From positions 572 to 64,571 of the forward strand of contig CAMKFB010000002.1 in NCBI GenBank assembly GCA_946411735.1: a DNA stretch of 64,000 nt, read 5' to 3'. Position numbers and translations under genes: made by a program. Positions 53,370 to 62,399 of this stretch are shown here, piece by piece (within the stretch, counting starts at the first letter, position 1; each line of letters opens with the position of its first letter). The stretch comes from an uncultured Selenomonadales bacterium (lineage in GTDB: Bacteria; Bacillota; Negativicutes; Selenomonadales; Selenomonadaceae). The notes under the pieces were generated by a model, which was not told the origin of the DNA, did no database searches, and saw nothing but the letters and a program-made list of their open reading frames with translations.

Positions 53370-54272
53370 ATGAGCGTCGGAATCAAAGATATGCGGGCGT
53401 TTTGCGCGGTCGTCGAGGAGGGCAATATCAGCCACGCCGCTCAGCGGCTCGACGTTGCTCAGCCCGTCCTCTCGAAACAAATCAAGCGGCTCGAGGAGGA
53501 GCTCGGCGTCAAGCTGTTCGATCGCGGCTCGCGCCACATCAGACTCACCGTCGCCGGTCGAGTTTTTTATACCCGCGTCGAAAAAATTCTCGGCTTCATC
53601 GACGGCACCGTTCGCGAAATGAGCGATATCGGCGCGGGCTCGAGCGGCTCAATTCGTATCGGCGCCATCACCACCTCCGGCGCGATGATTTTGCCCGAGC
53701 TCATCAATCGATTCCACCAACTTTATCCCGATGTCACGTTCGAGATTTGGGAGTCGGAGGGCGCGCGCATTCTCGAGATGCTCGACAGCCGTCAGCTCGA
53801 AATCGCCGTCACCCGCACGCAGGTCGACAACGAAACTTACAACTCGATCGTCCTGCCGCACGAGCCCTTCGTGATGCTGATGAATGAACACAATCCGATC
53901 GGCGCCGCCCCCGACGAAGTTCGACTTGCCGAGCTCGAGGGGCAATCGTTGATCATCCCGCTCCGTTGGAAGTCGATTTTCGTCAGCAATTGCAAGCGGC
54001 TTGGGTTCGAGCCGAAAATTTTTTGCGTCTCCGACAGCTTCATTCAAGGGCTGCTGATGGCGCGAATGAATTTGGGGATTGCGATGTTCCCAATGTCGTC
54101 GCAAGCGCTCTCGACCGAGGGCGGGCTCATATATAAGCGGCTGGTCGAGCCGGAAATGACCACGCACACCGTCATCAGCTGGCTCAAAGATCAATCGCTG
54201 TCGACGGCGTGTCAAAATTTCCTGCGCCTGTTTCGAGAGATGTTCGTCAACGGAAGGACTGATGCCGATTGA
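53370..54272 (+). CDS. LysR-family transcriptional regulator
   Basis: N-terminal wHTH MRAFCAVVEEGNISHAAQRLDVAQPVLSKQIKRLEEELGVKLFDR, plus a LysR substrate-binding domain. Confidence 0.9.
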   Translation: MSVGIKDMRAFCAVVEEGNISHAAQRLDVAQPVLSKQIKRLEEELGVKLFDRGSRHIRLTVAGRVFYTRVEKILGFIDGTVREMSDIGAGSSGSIRIGAITTSGAMILPELINRFHQLYPDVTFEIWESEGARILEMLDSRQLEIAVTRTQVDNETYNSIVLPHEPFVMLMNEHNPIGAAPDEVRLAELEGQSLIIPLRWKSIFVSNCKRLGFEPKIFCVSDSFIQGLLMARMNLGIAMFPMSSQALSTEGGLIYKRLVEPEMTTHTVISWLKDQSLSTACQNFLRLFREMFVNGRTDAD

Positions 54273-56353
54273 GACTCTACATCGCCGAAAAGCCGAGCAT
54301 GGGGCGCGAGATCGCCGCTTGCCTTGCCTCCCCGCACACCGTCAAGGGCAAAAGCTACATCGTCACCGGCGACGGCATTGTCACGTGGCTTTACGGGCAC
54401 GTTCTTCAACAGGATGAGCCCGAGGGCTATGACGAGCGCTATAAGCGTTGGGATGCCGCCGACTTGCCGATTATTCCTCGGGAGTGGAAGTTGCACGTCG
54501 ATAAGAACGCGGAGGCTCAGTTTGATGTGGTCAAGCGGCTGATCGGCAAGGCGGACGAGATTGTGCACGCGGGCGATCCCGATCGTGAGGGGCAATTGCT
54601 TGTCGATGAGGTTCTCGACTTCGTTGGCAATAAAAAGCCCGTCAAGCGGATTTTGCTCAACGCGCTCGACGAGCAGAGCATCAAACGCGCCAATGCCAAC
54701 CTTCGCGACAACGGCGAGTTTCTTAATCTGAAGCAGTCGGCGTTGGCGCGCTCGAGGGCTGATTGGTTGATCGGGATGAATTTGTCGCGCGCTTACACTC
54801 TTGCCGCGCGACGAGCCGGTCACAGAGATTTTGTGCTGCCGATCGGGCGGGTGAAAACGCCGACCTTGGGGCTGGTCGTTCGACGCGAGCGCGAGATTAA
54901 AAATTTCAAGCCCGTCGATTATTTTTTGATCCGCGCGGAGTTTTTGCATGCCAACGGCGCCTTCGTCGCTCAATGGAAGCCGTCGGAAAAATTTATGACG
55001 GAATTACATCCGAAGGCATTCGACTCCGAAAATCGGCTGATCGACAAAAAATTGGCGGAGGCGATGTTGAAACAATTTGAGGCGGCGCCGCACGACGGGA
55101 AAATCATTCTCTGTCAGACGAAGGAGAAAAAGGAGCCGGCGCCGTTGCCGTTTTCGCTGTCGGCGCTGCAGATCGCGGCGGGCAAACAATTCGGCTACGA
55201 GCCTCAACGCGTGCTCGACATAGCTCAAAAGCTCTACGAAAAAAAGCTGACGACTTATCCGCGCTCCGATTGCTCATTCCTGCCGACCAATCAATTCAAG
55301 GACGGCGCGAGGATACTGCGGAATTTCGAGGCGACGCCGGAGTTGCGTCATTTGATGTTGAAGGCGGACGCGTCGATTCGAAGTCGGGCGTGGAACGATA
55401 AAAAGATTACGGCGCATCACGCGATCATCCCGACGCTCAACTCGCTCAACCCCAAAACGGTCACGGCGGAGGAGCTCAACATTTATATGTTGGTGGCGCG
55501 GGGCTATGCGGCGCAATTCCATCAGCCGTTCGTGTACGACGAGACCAACGTCGAGGTGAAGTACAAAGAGGAAAAATTTGCGGCGCGCGGTCGAGTGGTG
55601 AAGGCGCTCGGTTGGAAGGAATTATATCCGACGAAGAAAAAGCCGTTCGCCGAAGACGAAGACGCCGAAGTTTTGTTGCCGGCGATGTCAAAGGGCGACG
55701 CGGTTGAGTACCAATCGGGGTCGATGCTCAAAAAAACGACCAAGCCGCCACCGCGCTTCACCGCCTCAAGTCTGGTGCAGGGAATGAAGGACATTCACAA
55801 GTACGTCAAAAATCCCGAGTCGAAGAAGCAACTCAAGGACGTGTACGGGATCGGGACGGAGGCAACGCGCGCGTCAATCATCGACGAGCTCATCACGCGG
55901 CAGTTTTTGAAGCCGCTCGGCAGAAAAAAGGAGCTCGAGCCGACGGAGCGGGCGTATCTGTTGATAGACATGTTGCCCGACGAAATGACTTATCCCGACG
56001 CGACGGCGATTTGGGAGGATAAGTTGCACTCGATGTCGGAGGGCGCGGGCACGCTCGAGGATTTTCTTGACGGGCAAGCGGAATTCACGCGGCGGCTGTG
56101 CTCGATGGCGAATGATGCGACGGCGAAGTTGGTCGGCGACGATAAAATTTTGTGTCCGAGGTGCGGGCGCGGGATCATGGTCAAGCGCAAAGGGCGCAAC
56201 GGAGAATTTTGGGGCTGCTCCGATTATCCGCGCTGTCGAATGACGTGCGACGATCGAGACGGCAAGCCCGCGTTTTTGAACCGAGTGTTCGACGACGAGG
56301 AGATCATTTCGTCGGCGGATTTTATCAACAATCAAAGGAGGAAATCATTATGA
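54269..56353 (+). CDS. topB: DNA topoisomerase III with C-terminal zinc ribbon
   Basis: MRLYIAEKPSMGREIA..VTWLYGHVL..RYKRWDAADLPIIP..VHAGDPDREGQLLVDEVLDF is close to the E. coli TopB N-terminus as I recall it. C-terminal CPRCGRG..WGCSDYPRC. The TTG start overlaps the LysR stop (TTGA). Confidence 0.9.
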   Translation: MRLYIAEKPSMGREIAACLASPHTVKGKSYIVTGDGIVTWLYGHVLQQDEPEGYDERYKRWDAADLPIIPREWKLHVDKNAEAQFDVVKRLIGKADEIVHAGDPDREGQLLVDEVLDFVGNKKPVKRILLNALDEQSIKRANANLRDNGEFLNLKQSALARSRADWLIGMNLSRAYTLAARRAGHRDFVLPIGRVKTPTLGLVVRREREIKNFKPVDYFLIRAEFLHANGAFVAQWKPSEKFMTELHPKAFDSENRLIDKKLAEAMLKQFEAAPHDGKIILCQTKEKKEPAPLPFSLSALQIAAGKQFGYEPQRVLDIAQKLYEKKLTTYPRSDCSFLPTNQFKDGARILRNFEATPELRHLMLKADASIRSRAWNDKKITAHHAIIPTLNSLNPKTVTAEELNIYMLVARGYAAQFHQPFVYDETNVEVKYKEEKFAARGRVVKALGWKELYPTKKKPFAEDEDAEVLLPAMSKGDAVEYQSGSMLKKTTKPPPRFTASSLVQGMKDIHKYVKNPESKKQLKDVYGIGTEATRASIIDELITRQFLKPLGRKKELEPTERAYLLIDMLPDEMTYPDATAIWEDKLHSMSEGAGTLEDFLDGQAEFTRRLCSMANDATAKLVGDDKILCPRCGRGIMVKRKGRNGEFWGCSDYPRCRMTCDDRDGKPAFLNRVFDDEEIISSADFINNQRRKSL

Positions 56354-56769
56354 CATTGGAAGAGTTGAAGAAGCAGAGCCCGTTCGATATCGGCGCGCCC
56401 AATGACAAGTACGCGCAGTTCTTTGACGGTCAGAGCTACCTTAAGATGCTGTCGCTCGAACAGGTCATCGTCGCCAACGTTACCTTCGACGTCGGCTGCA
56501 GAAATCATTGGCATGTCCATCACGCCTCCACCGGCGGCGGTCAGATTTTGATCGTCACCGCGGGGCGCGGCTACTATCAGGCGTGGGGCGAGGAGCCGCG
56601 CGAACTTAAGCCCGGCGACGTCGTCAACATCCCCGCCAACGTCAAACATTGGCATGGCGCCGCCCCCAACTCCGTTTTCCAACACCTTGCCATCGAGGTC
56701 GCAGGCACCGATCAGTCCAATGAGTGGCTCGAGCCGGTCAACCCCGCCGCTTACGCGAAATTGAAATGA
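56350..56769 (+). CDS. Cupin-domain protein
   Basis: ATGA overlap with topB, SD AGGAGG. ..NHWHVHH..GGGQILIVTAGRGY..GDVVNIPANVKHWHGA.. (cupin_2 His motifs). Confidence 0.8.
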   Translation: MTLEELKKQSPFDIGAPNDKYAQFFDGQSYLKMLSLEQVIVANVTFDVGCRNHWHVHHASTGGGQILIVTAGRGYYQAWGEEPRELKPGDVVNIPANVKHWHGAAPNSVFQHLAIEVAGTDQSNEWLEPVNPAAYAKLK

Positions 56770-56797
56770 TTCAACACGGTTTGAAAGGAGTTTTACG

Positions 56798-57388
56798 ATG
56801 CGAAAATTATTGATGACATTGATGTTGGCGTTGGTGATGGTGTTAACCGCGTGCGGCAACGAAGCCGCCAAGTCCGAAACCCCCGCCGCCGAAGCCGAGC
56901 CCGCCAAGGCGCCAACCACCACAACCTTGGTCGCGTACTTCTCGTGCTCGGGACATACCAAAGCGTTGGCCGAAAATGCCGCCCAAGTGCTTAACGCCGA
57001 CCTTTTCGAGATTAAACCCGCTCAACCTTACACCGCCGAAGACCTCGATTGGCACAACGAACAGTCCCGCTCCACGCTCGAGATGAATGACGACTCCGCC
57101 CGCCCCGCCATCGATGGCACCGTCGCCAATTTCGAGCAGTATAAAACCGTCGTCATCGCTTATCCCATCTGGTGGCATCAGGCGCCCCGCATCATCGATA
57201 CTTTTGTCGAGCAGTACGATTGGAACGGCAAGACCGTCATCCCCATTTGCACCAGCGGCGGCTCCGATATCGGCACCAGCGGCAGCTACATCGCCAACCT
57301 CGCCAAGGTCGGCAATTGGAAGAACGGTAAGTGCTTCTTCGCAAACACTTCGCTCGACGAGGTCAAAGCGTGGGCTTCGGATTTGTGA
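56798..57388 (+). CDS. Flavodoxin-like lipoprotein (extracytoplasmic)
   Basis: Lipobox VLTAC after a hydrophobic leader, Pro/Ala/Thr linker, then LVAYFSCSGHTKALAE..VVIAYPIWWHQAP..ICTSGGS (flavodoxin_4-like). Confidence 0.8.
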   Translation: MRKLLMTLMLALVMVLTACGNEAAKSETPAAEAEPAKAPTTTTLVAYFSCSGHTKALAENAAQVLNADLFEIKPAQPYTAEDLDWHNEQSRSTLEMNDDSARPAIDGTVANFEQYKTVVIAYPIWWHQAPRIIDTFVEQYDWNGKTVIPICTSGGSDIGTSGSYIANLAKVGNWKNGKCFFANTSLDEVKAWASDL

Positions 57389-57937
57389 TCAACGATTGAA
57401 GAACGGCGCCGAGCTGAGGTATTTCTGTCGGAGGATCAATTTCTGTTCGATCTTGCTGACAAATTCCTCCGCGCGGCGCAAATCTTCTTCGTCGGGATGG
57501 GTCGAGGCGCGCTCCCATCGCTTCACGCTGTCGACCGTGTTGTGCGGATCGTCCGCGCCCGCCGCTTTCCTCTTCTCGATCAGCTCGGGATCGACACGCC
57601 CTTGACAGTCAAACGTACCCAAAATGTCACAGCCCTTGCCCAGCAAATACGCCGCTCGCGCGAACGCCGTCACCACATGCTCCGAACCGTTCTCGACCCC
57701 ATGCGTCTCGAATAATACCACTCGAACGTTGCGCACCGTCGGCAGGAAATTTTTCATCACCGGATCGGGCGCCCCGCGCTTGAGCCAATAGCCCAGCGCC
57801 ACTATTTCATAGCCCTCGAGATTGGGCATGCTCTCGTCGATGTTGAACAGGTCGCCGCCCGACGCCCGCGCGATCGCCTCCGCCACCTGCCGCGTGTTGC
57901 CCGTCACCGACGTGTACGCTATCGCCCATTTGCTCAT
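57389..57937 (-). CDS. Flavodoxin-family protein
   Basis: MSKWAIAYTSVTGNTRQVAEAI.. FMN-binding loop T-x-T-G-N-T. Confidence 0.8.
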   Translation of the reverse strand: MSKWAIAYTSVTGNTRQVAEAIARASGGDLFNIDESMPNLEGYEIVALGYWLKRGAPDPVMKNFLPTVRNVRVVLFETHGVENGSEHVVTAFARAAYLLGKGCDILGTFDCQGRVDPELIEKRKAAGADDPHNTVDSVKRWERASTHPDEEDLRRAEEFVSKIEQKLILRQKYLSSAPFFNR

Positions 57938-57977
57938 CCGTCATCACTCCAATCTGTTTCGTCAAAGGAGATTCTTT

Positions 57978-58658
57978 ATGAGAGCTGTATTTATCAACGG
58001 CAGTCCCCGCCGCAATCAAAATACTTTCAAGATGCTCGACGCCGCGCGCAAGGGCGCCGAGTCCGCCGGCGCCGACACAGAGATGATTCATCTGTTCGCA
58101 AGCGAGTTCACCGGCTGCAAGTCGTGTTTCGCTTGCAAGCTCAAAAACTCTAAAACCAACGGGCTTTGCGCTGTCAAGGACGCCCTCCGCCCCATTCTCG
58201 AAAAGTGCGTCGCCGCTGATGTTATCGTCTGCGGCAGCCCCGTCTATCTCAGCGCGCCCACGGGTCAATTGCGCTCCTTCATTGAGCGGCTCGTTTTTCC
58301 TCTCATCACTTATATGGTCGACGAGAACGGTCAGCATCTGCGCGTGCGCGATAAGCTCGTCCCCACCGCCGTCATCTATACAATGAATTGCCCCGAATCG
58401 TGGATGGAACGCTTCAATTATCCGCTCCTGCTCGAGGTCACCGCCGATAATCTCAGGGCGGCGTTCGGTCACAGCGAAGTGCTTTATTCCTGCGACACCT
58501 ATCAGTTCAACGATTACTCCCGCTACGACATCAATATGTTCGACGAGACCAAGAAGCGTGAGCATCGCGATAAACAATTTCCAATCGACCTCGACAACGC
58601 TTACAACCTCGGGCGCCGATTGGTCGAGAAGGCGGGTGAAGCTGATGGAACAAATTAA
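57978..58658 (+). CDS. NAD(P)H-dependent FMN reductase / iron-sulfur-flavoprotein-like protein
   Basis: ATG 57978 follows AAAGGAG. MRAVFINGSPRRNQNT..GCKSCFACK..IVCGSPVYLSAPTGQL. Confidence 0.75.
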   Translation: MRAVFINGSPRRNQNTFKMLDAARKGAESAGADTEMIHLFASEFTGCKSCFACKLKNSKTNGLCAVKDALRPILEKCVAADVIVCGSPVYLSAPTGQLRSFIERLVFPLITYMVDENGQHLRVRDKLVPTAVIYTMNCPESWMERFNYPLLLEVTADNLRAAFGHSEVLYSCDTYQFNDYSRYDINMFDETKKREHRDKQFPIDLDNAYNLGRRLVEKAGEADGTN

Positions 58659-58941
58659 TCGCATACGATTGATGGAAGAATGCCTCGACGAGTCCCGCGC
58701 CGCCGTCGATCTCTTGAATGATGCCCTCGATTACTATTTCGACGTCCGCTCCAAATATATGGCGCTGGTCGAGTATTACGATGACGGTCAGTGGCGCCGC
58801 GATTTCGACGATGACGAGGCGGGTAAATTGCCGCCCGATCTCAAGCGCGGAGTTTTATCAGAGGACGCCGTCTGGAATTTGATCGAGGATCATCGCGCCG
58901 CGCTCGAGCGCATGAAGGAAATTTTATCGAGCGAAGAATGA
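58645..58941 (+). CDS. Small acidic protein (DUF4298-like by recollection)
   Basis: ATG 58645 overlaps the end of the previous gene. ..YYDDGQWRRDFDDDEAGKLPPDLKRGVLSEDAVWNLI... Confidence 0.45.
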   Translation: MEQINRIRLMEECLDESRAAVDLLNDALDYYFDVRSKYMALVEYYDDGQWRRDFDDDEAGKLPPDLKRGVLSEDAVWNLIEDHRAALERMKEILSSEE

Positions 58942-60072
58942 GCGGCTCCGACATTGCCACCACACGATTGCCAGCGCGATCACCGCATAAATCATGCCGC
59001 CGCCTATCACCGCGCCCGTCGATATGTGGTCGATGAACAGCCCGCAAAACGCCGTCGCCGACATCGTCCCCACATTCGCCGCCGTCAAAAATAATCCGTT
59101 GGCAAAATCGGGTGCTTCGGGCGCCGCATGCGACAGCCAATATTGGTTGATGTTCGCGTTGATGCCGCCCAGCAAGCCCCATAACACCGTCAGGATCGAC
59201 ATCGACCACACCGCCGTCGAGCCCCCCGCCATCAGCATCACGTACACCAACATCAGCGCAATCGGAAACAGTTTGACCGTCCACGTCGGCTGCACCGTCA
59301 ACAATCCGCCCGCTATCATGCTCCCGAAGATGTTGCACAGCCCGTACACGAACAGCAGGATCGATACCACCGTCGGCGCCGCCATCGTCACCTCTGACAG
59401 GTATGCCGCCAGATAGTTGAAACAGCCGAATACCGAGCCGTTCAAAAAGATTACCGCAAAGATCGACGCCCACACCATCGACCGCCGCAATACCCCGATT
59501 TGCGCCCCGTAGCTCAGCGGCTTCGTCGCTTTGAACGGGCGAATGAATATGATTGTCGCTATCAACGCCGCCAGCGTCACCAACGCGAAAAATCCGAACG
59601 CCGTCTCTAAATTGAACGTCTCCGCCAGGAAGTTGCTGATCGGCACGCCCACTACCATGCCCGCGCTCACGCCTATGTTGATCTTCGCCACTTCGCGCGG
59701 CGCATTCTTGCCGCCAAGCTCCGCCGCGATCGAAAACGCCATCGCGCAATACACCGGATGGAAGAACGACGGCACTACCCGCAACATCAACAGCGTGTCG
59801 AAGTCCGAAGTCAACATCGAGCCCACGTTGCACACCGTGAACAGCCCCAGCACGAATATCATCATCGGCTTGCGCGGGAACCTCGAGCACAAAAGCGGCA
59901 TCGTCGGACCCGCAATGCCCACGCCCAACGCGAACAGACTTATCAGCAGGCTCGCCGTCACGATGTCCACGTTGAACTCGCGCGCCACATACGGCAGGAT
60001 TCCGATTACACCCATCTCCGTGTTGAGGATGCCGAACGTGCCGATTACCAATATCCATATTAACATCGTCAT
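58924..60072 (-). CDS. MFS transporter
   Basis: 12 hydrophobic segments. ..GILPYVAREFNV.. and ..LRVVPSFFHP... ATG 60072 (alternatives 60066 and TTG 60084) lies 11 nt downstream of a TATAAT. Confidence 0.85.
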   Translation of the reverse strand: MTMLIWILVIGTFGILNTEMGVIGILPYVAREFNVDIVTASLLISLFALGVGIAGPTMPLLCSRFPRKPMMIFVLGLFTVCNVGSMLTSDFDTLLMLRVVPSFFHPVYCAMAFSIAAELGGKNAPREVAKINIGVSAGMVVGVPISNFLAETFNLETAFGFFALVTLAALIATIIFIRPFKATKPLSYGAQIGVLRRSMVWASIFAVIFLNGSVFGCFNYLAAYLSEVTMAAPTVVSILLFVYGLCNIFGSMIAGGLLTVQPTWTVKLFPIALMLVYVMLMAGGSTAVWSMSILTVLWGLLGGINANINQYWLSHAAPEAPDFANGLFLTAANVGTMSATAFCGLFIDHISTGAVIGGGMIYAVIALAIVWWQCRSRSFFAR

Positions 60073-60083
60073 CACCCGCGCCA

Positions 60084-60112
60084 ATTATACCACGCGCGCC
60101 GCGCCCTTGCAA
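60084..60112 (-). promoter_or_regulatory. Promoter of the MFS gene (near-leaderless)
   Basis: On the minus strand: TTGCAA (60112-60107), 17 nt, TATAAT (60089-60084). No SD between the -10 and the ATG. Confidence 0.55.
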
Positions 60113-60129
60113 TTCTCGATCGAAAATCG

Positions 60130-60158
60130 TTGACTAAATTGCAATCGATAAGTATAAT
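60130..60158 (+). promoter_or_regulatory. Consensus-like promoter of the TPS locus
   Basis: TTGACT (60130-60135), 17 nt, TATAAT (60153-60158). 5' UTR hairpin GCGGCG-CAACCAA-CGCCGC. Confidence 0.65.
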
Positions 60159-60215
60159 TTTTGGGCGGCGCAACCAACGCCGCTTAATCCGCAAAAAATT
60201 TTTGGAGGCTTAACT

Positions 60216-60656
60216 ATGACTAATAAGGCTGAACAGTTTAAAGCATATCTCGACGAGAAGGAGATCAAAGTTTTCGAGATCGAGGAGCTCGAGAACGACG
60301 AGCAGGAGACCGTCGCTTTCCGCTCGCGCATGACCATCGAAGGTCAGAGCTTGCCGCTGGTCGTCATCGTCGACAAGTCTATCTTCACCATGATTCGCGT
60401 CCAGCTCCAAGCGCAGGCGCAGACACCCGAGAACGCCAACGCCATCGCCGCTGCCGCCAACGCCGAGAACGCCCGCTTCAAACCCTTCAAAGTTTACACC
60501 AACGCCGGCGGCGATTTGCTCCTCGACGTCTGCTTGAGTTTCATGAACGACCTCAACGGCGACGAAATTTATGTGCTCTTCGACAGCATCATCGCCTACC
60601 TCAACGGTAAGGACGGCGGCTATCGTCGCTTGATGAAGGCGGTTTGGGGCGAATGA
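60216..60656 (+). CDS. Small cytoplasmic acidic protein, YbjN / secretion-chaperone-like (tentative)
   Basis: SD GGAGG. No signal peptide. ..FKAYLDEKEIKVFEIEE..VAFRSRM..LPLVVIVDKSIFTMIRV..LLLDVCL.. fits the alpha/beta YbjN-like pattern by eye. ATGA-coupled to tpsB. Confidence 0.35.
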   Translation: MTNKAEQFKAYLDEKEIKVFEIEELENDEQETVAFRSRMTIEGQSLPLVVIVDKSIFTMIRVQLQAQAQTPENANAIAAAANAENARFKPFKVYTNAGGDLLLDVCLSFMNDLNGDEIYVLFDSIIAYLNGKDGGYRRLMKAVWGE

Positions 60657-62296
60657 AACGCTCATTGGTCGCCGCGCTGTTGATGTCTGTGATGTGCTCG
60701 ACGGCGTTCGCTGCTGCCGAGGGCGGCGACGATGCCGGCGCTCAAATGCGCCGCGCTCAAGAGGCGCTCGAACGTCAACGCGTCATCGACCAGATTAACG
60801 AGGACGAACAGAGCCGCCGCGCCGAGGTCGAGCAGGAAGAAACGCCCGAGCAGACCGATCAGTCCTCCGTCACGTTCACGCTCAAGCGCGTCGAATTTTC
60901 GCCGTCGGAGCTTTTGTCCGAGGACGAGCTCAAGAGCATCGCTGATGAATATCTCGACCGCGATATCAGTCTCAACGACATCAACGCCATGATCGAGAAG
61001 ATCAACGCCCTCTACGCCGACAAGGGCTATATGACTTGCCGCGCTTACCTTCCCCCGCAACGCATTCACGAGGGCGTGGTGCAGATCGGGCTGCTCGAGG
61101 GGCGCACCGGCAATGTCAACGTCATTAACAATAAGCACACGCTCGACAGCTATATCAAAAACAGTTTCCCGCTCACCAAGGGCGCGCTCGATAACACCGT
61201 CCGCGTCAACGAGCACCTTCAGTGGTTCAACGGCGTCAACGATGTGCAGCTTCGCATGGCAATGAAGGCGGGCGCCGAGTTCGGCACCACCGATTACGAC
61301 ATCTACGCTTTCGAGCCCGCCAATCAGCGGCTGTCGATTATGGCCGATAATAACGGCTACGACAGCTCGGGGCGTTGGCGCGAATACGTTTTCTACAATA
61401 ATCGCAGTCTCACCAATCAACGCGACGCCTTCCGCCTCTATTGGCAGCACTCCAAGGGTACTGAGGCTTGGGGCACCGGCTATACCCTCCCGCTCGGACA
61501 TCGCGGCATCAAACTCGACTTCGATTACAGTAATAACAATACCGAAAATATCAAGGGGCAAATGAAGTCCTTCGGCGTCGAAAGCGATTCCTACAGCGCG
61601 GGCGTCACCTTGCGCGTCCCGTTCAAGGTCGACCGCCATTCGCGCTACGAGGCGGGTTTCCAATATCAACATCAGGAGTCCAAAACCGATTTCGGCACCA
61701 AGACCGATTTGCGCCTCCGTTGGGTCGATGATAACGTCAATCGCTACATCCCTTATGTGTCCTTCACGCATTACGGCAATCACTCCATTTTCTATCATAA
61801 GCACTCCGCGCGCTTCGTTCGACGGCAGGATTTGACAGGCGCCACCGGCGACGCCGTCAATTACGAGCTCAGCGGTTTTTGGCAGCGACAGTGGTCGGGC
61901 GGGCAATCCCTTCAATCATCTTTCGAGGCGCAGTTGAGCTCTCGTCAAGGGCTGGGTTCCAGCGATCGCTTCTTCATCGGCGGAAGTAATTCCGTCCGCG
62001 GCTACGAAGAATCTTATCTCGGCGGCGAAGAAGGTTTCACCGCCAATCTCGAGTACGTTCTGCCGCTCGATAAAAGCAAACGCGTACGCGCTCTGACCTT
62101 CGTCGATTACGGGCGCGTCTACGGCTCCACCGTCATCGACGGCGAAAACGACCTCGTCTCCACCGGCGTCGGGCTCAACGCTTACCTCAAAAATTGCAGC
62201 TTGAGTTTGACTCTCGGCGTTCCCTTGAAACGTCACTTCGGCGGAGAACATCTCGATAAAACTCGCATCCACTTCTCTATCAACGGCAACATCTGA
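60653..62296 (+). CDS. Two-partner secretion outer-membrane transporter (TpsB; ShlB/FhaC/HecB family)
   Basis: Signal peptide MKRSLVAALLMSVMCSTAFAAA. POTRA-like region (..VEFSPSELLSEDELKSIADEYLDRDISLNDINAMIEKINALYADKGY..). Beta-barrel with ..FFIGGSNSVRGY... Confidence 0.9.
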   Translation: MKRSLVAALLMSVMCSTAFAAAEGGDDAGAQMRRAQEALERQRVIDQINEDEQSRRAEVEQEETPEQTDQSSVTFTLKRVEFSPSELLSEDELKSIADEYLDRDISLNDINAMIEKINALYADKGYMTCRAYLPPQRIHEGVVQIGLLEGRTGNVNVINNKHTLDSYIKNSFPLTKGALDNTVRVNEHLQWFNGVNDVQLRMAMKAGAEFGTTDYDIYAFEPANQRLSIMADNNGYDSSGRWREYVFYNNRSLTNQRDAFRLYWQHSKGTEAWGTGYTLPLGHRGIKLDFDYSNNNTENIKGQMKSFGVESDSYSAGVTLRVPFKVDRHSRYEAGFQYQHQESKTDFGTKTDLRLRWVDDNVNRYIPYVSFTHYGNHSIFYHKHSARFVRRQDLTGATGDAVNYELSGFWQRQWSGGQSLQSSFEAQLSSRQGLGSSDRFFIGGSNSVRGYEESYLGGEEGFTANLEYVLPLDKSKRVRALTFVDYGRVYGSTVIDGENDLVSTGVGLNAYLKNCSLSLTLGVPLKRHFGGEHLDKTRIHFSINGNI

Positions 62297-62320
62297 TGCC
62301 AATTCAATCCTTTCAATCAG

Positions 62321-62348
62321 CGCTCGAGTTTGTTTCGAGCGTTTTTTT
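62321..62348 (+). terminator. Rho-independent terminator after tpsB
   Basis: CGCTCGA (62321-62327), 7-nt loop, TCGAGCG (62335-62341), T7 (62342-62348). Confidence 0.7.
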
Positions 62349-62360
62349 ATTGCAGACGTA

Positions 62361-62369
62361 TGGTATAAT
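62361..62369 (+). promoter_or_regulatory. Extended -10 promoter element upstream of tpsA
   Basis: TGg-TATAAT (62361-62369). No good -35. Confidence 0.4.
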
Positions 62370-62399
62370 ATGACATAACACTTGAAAGGAACGATACTC

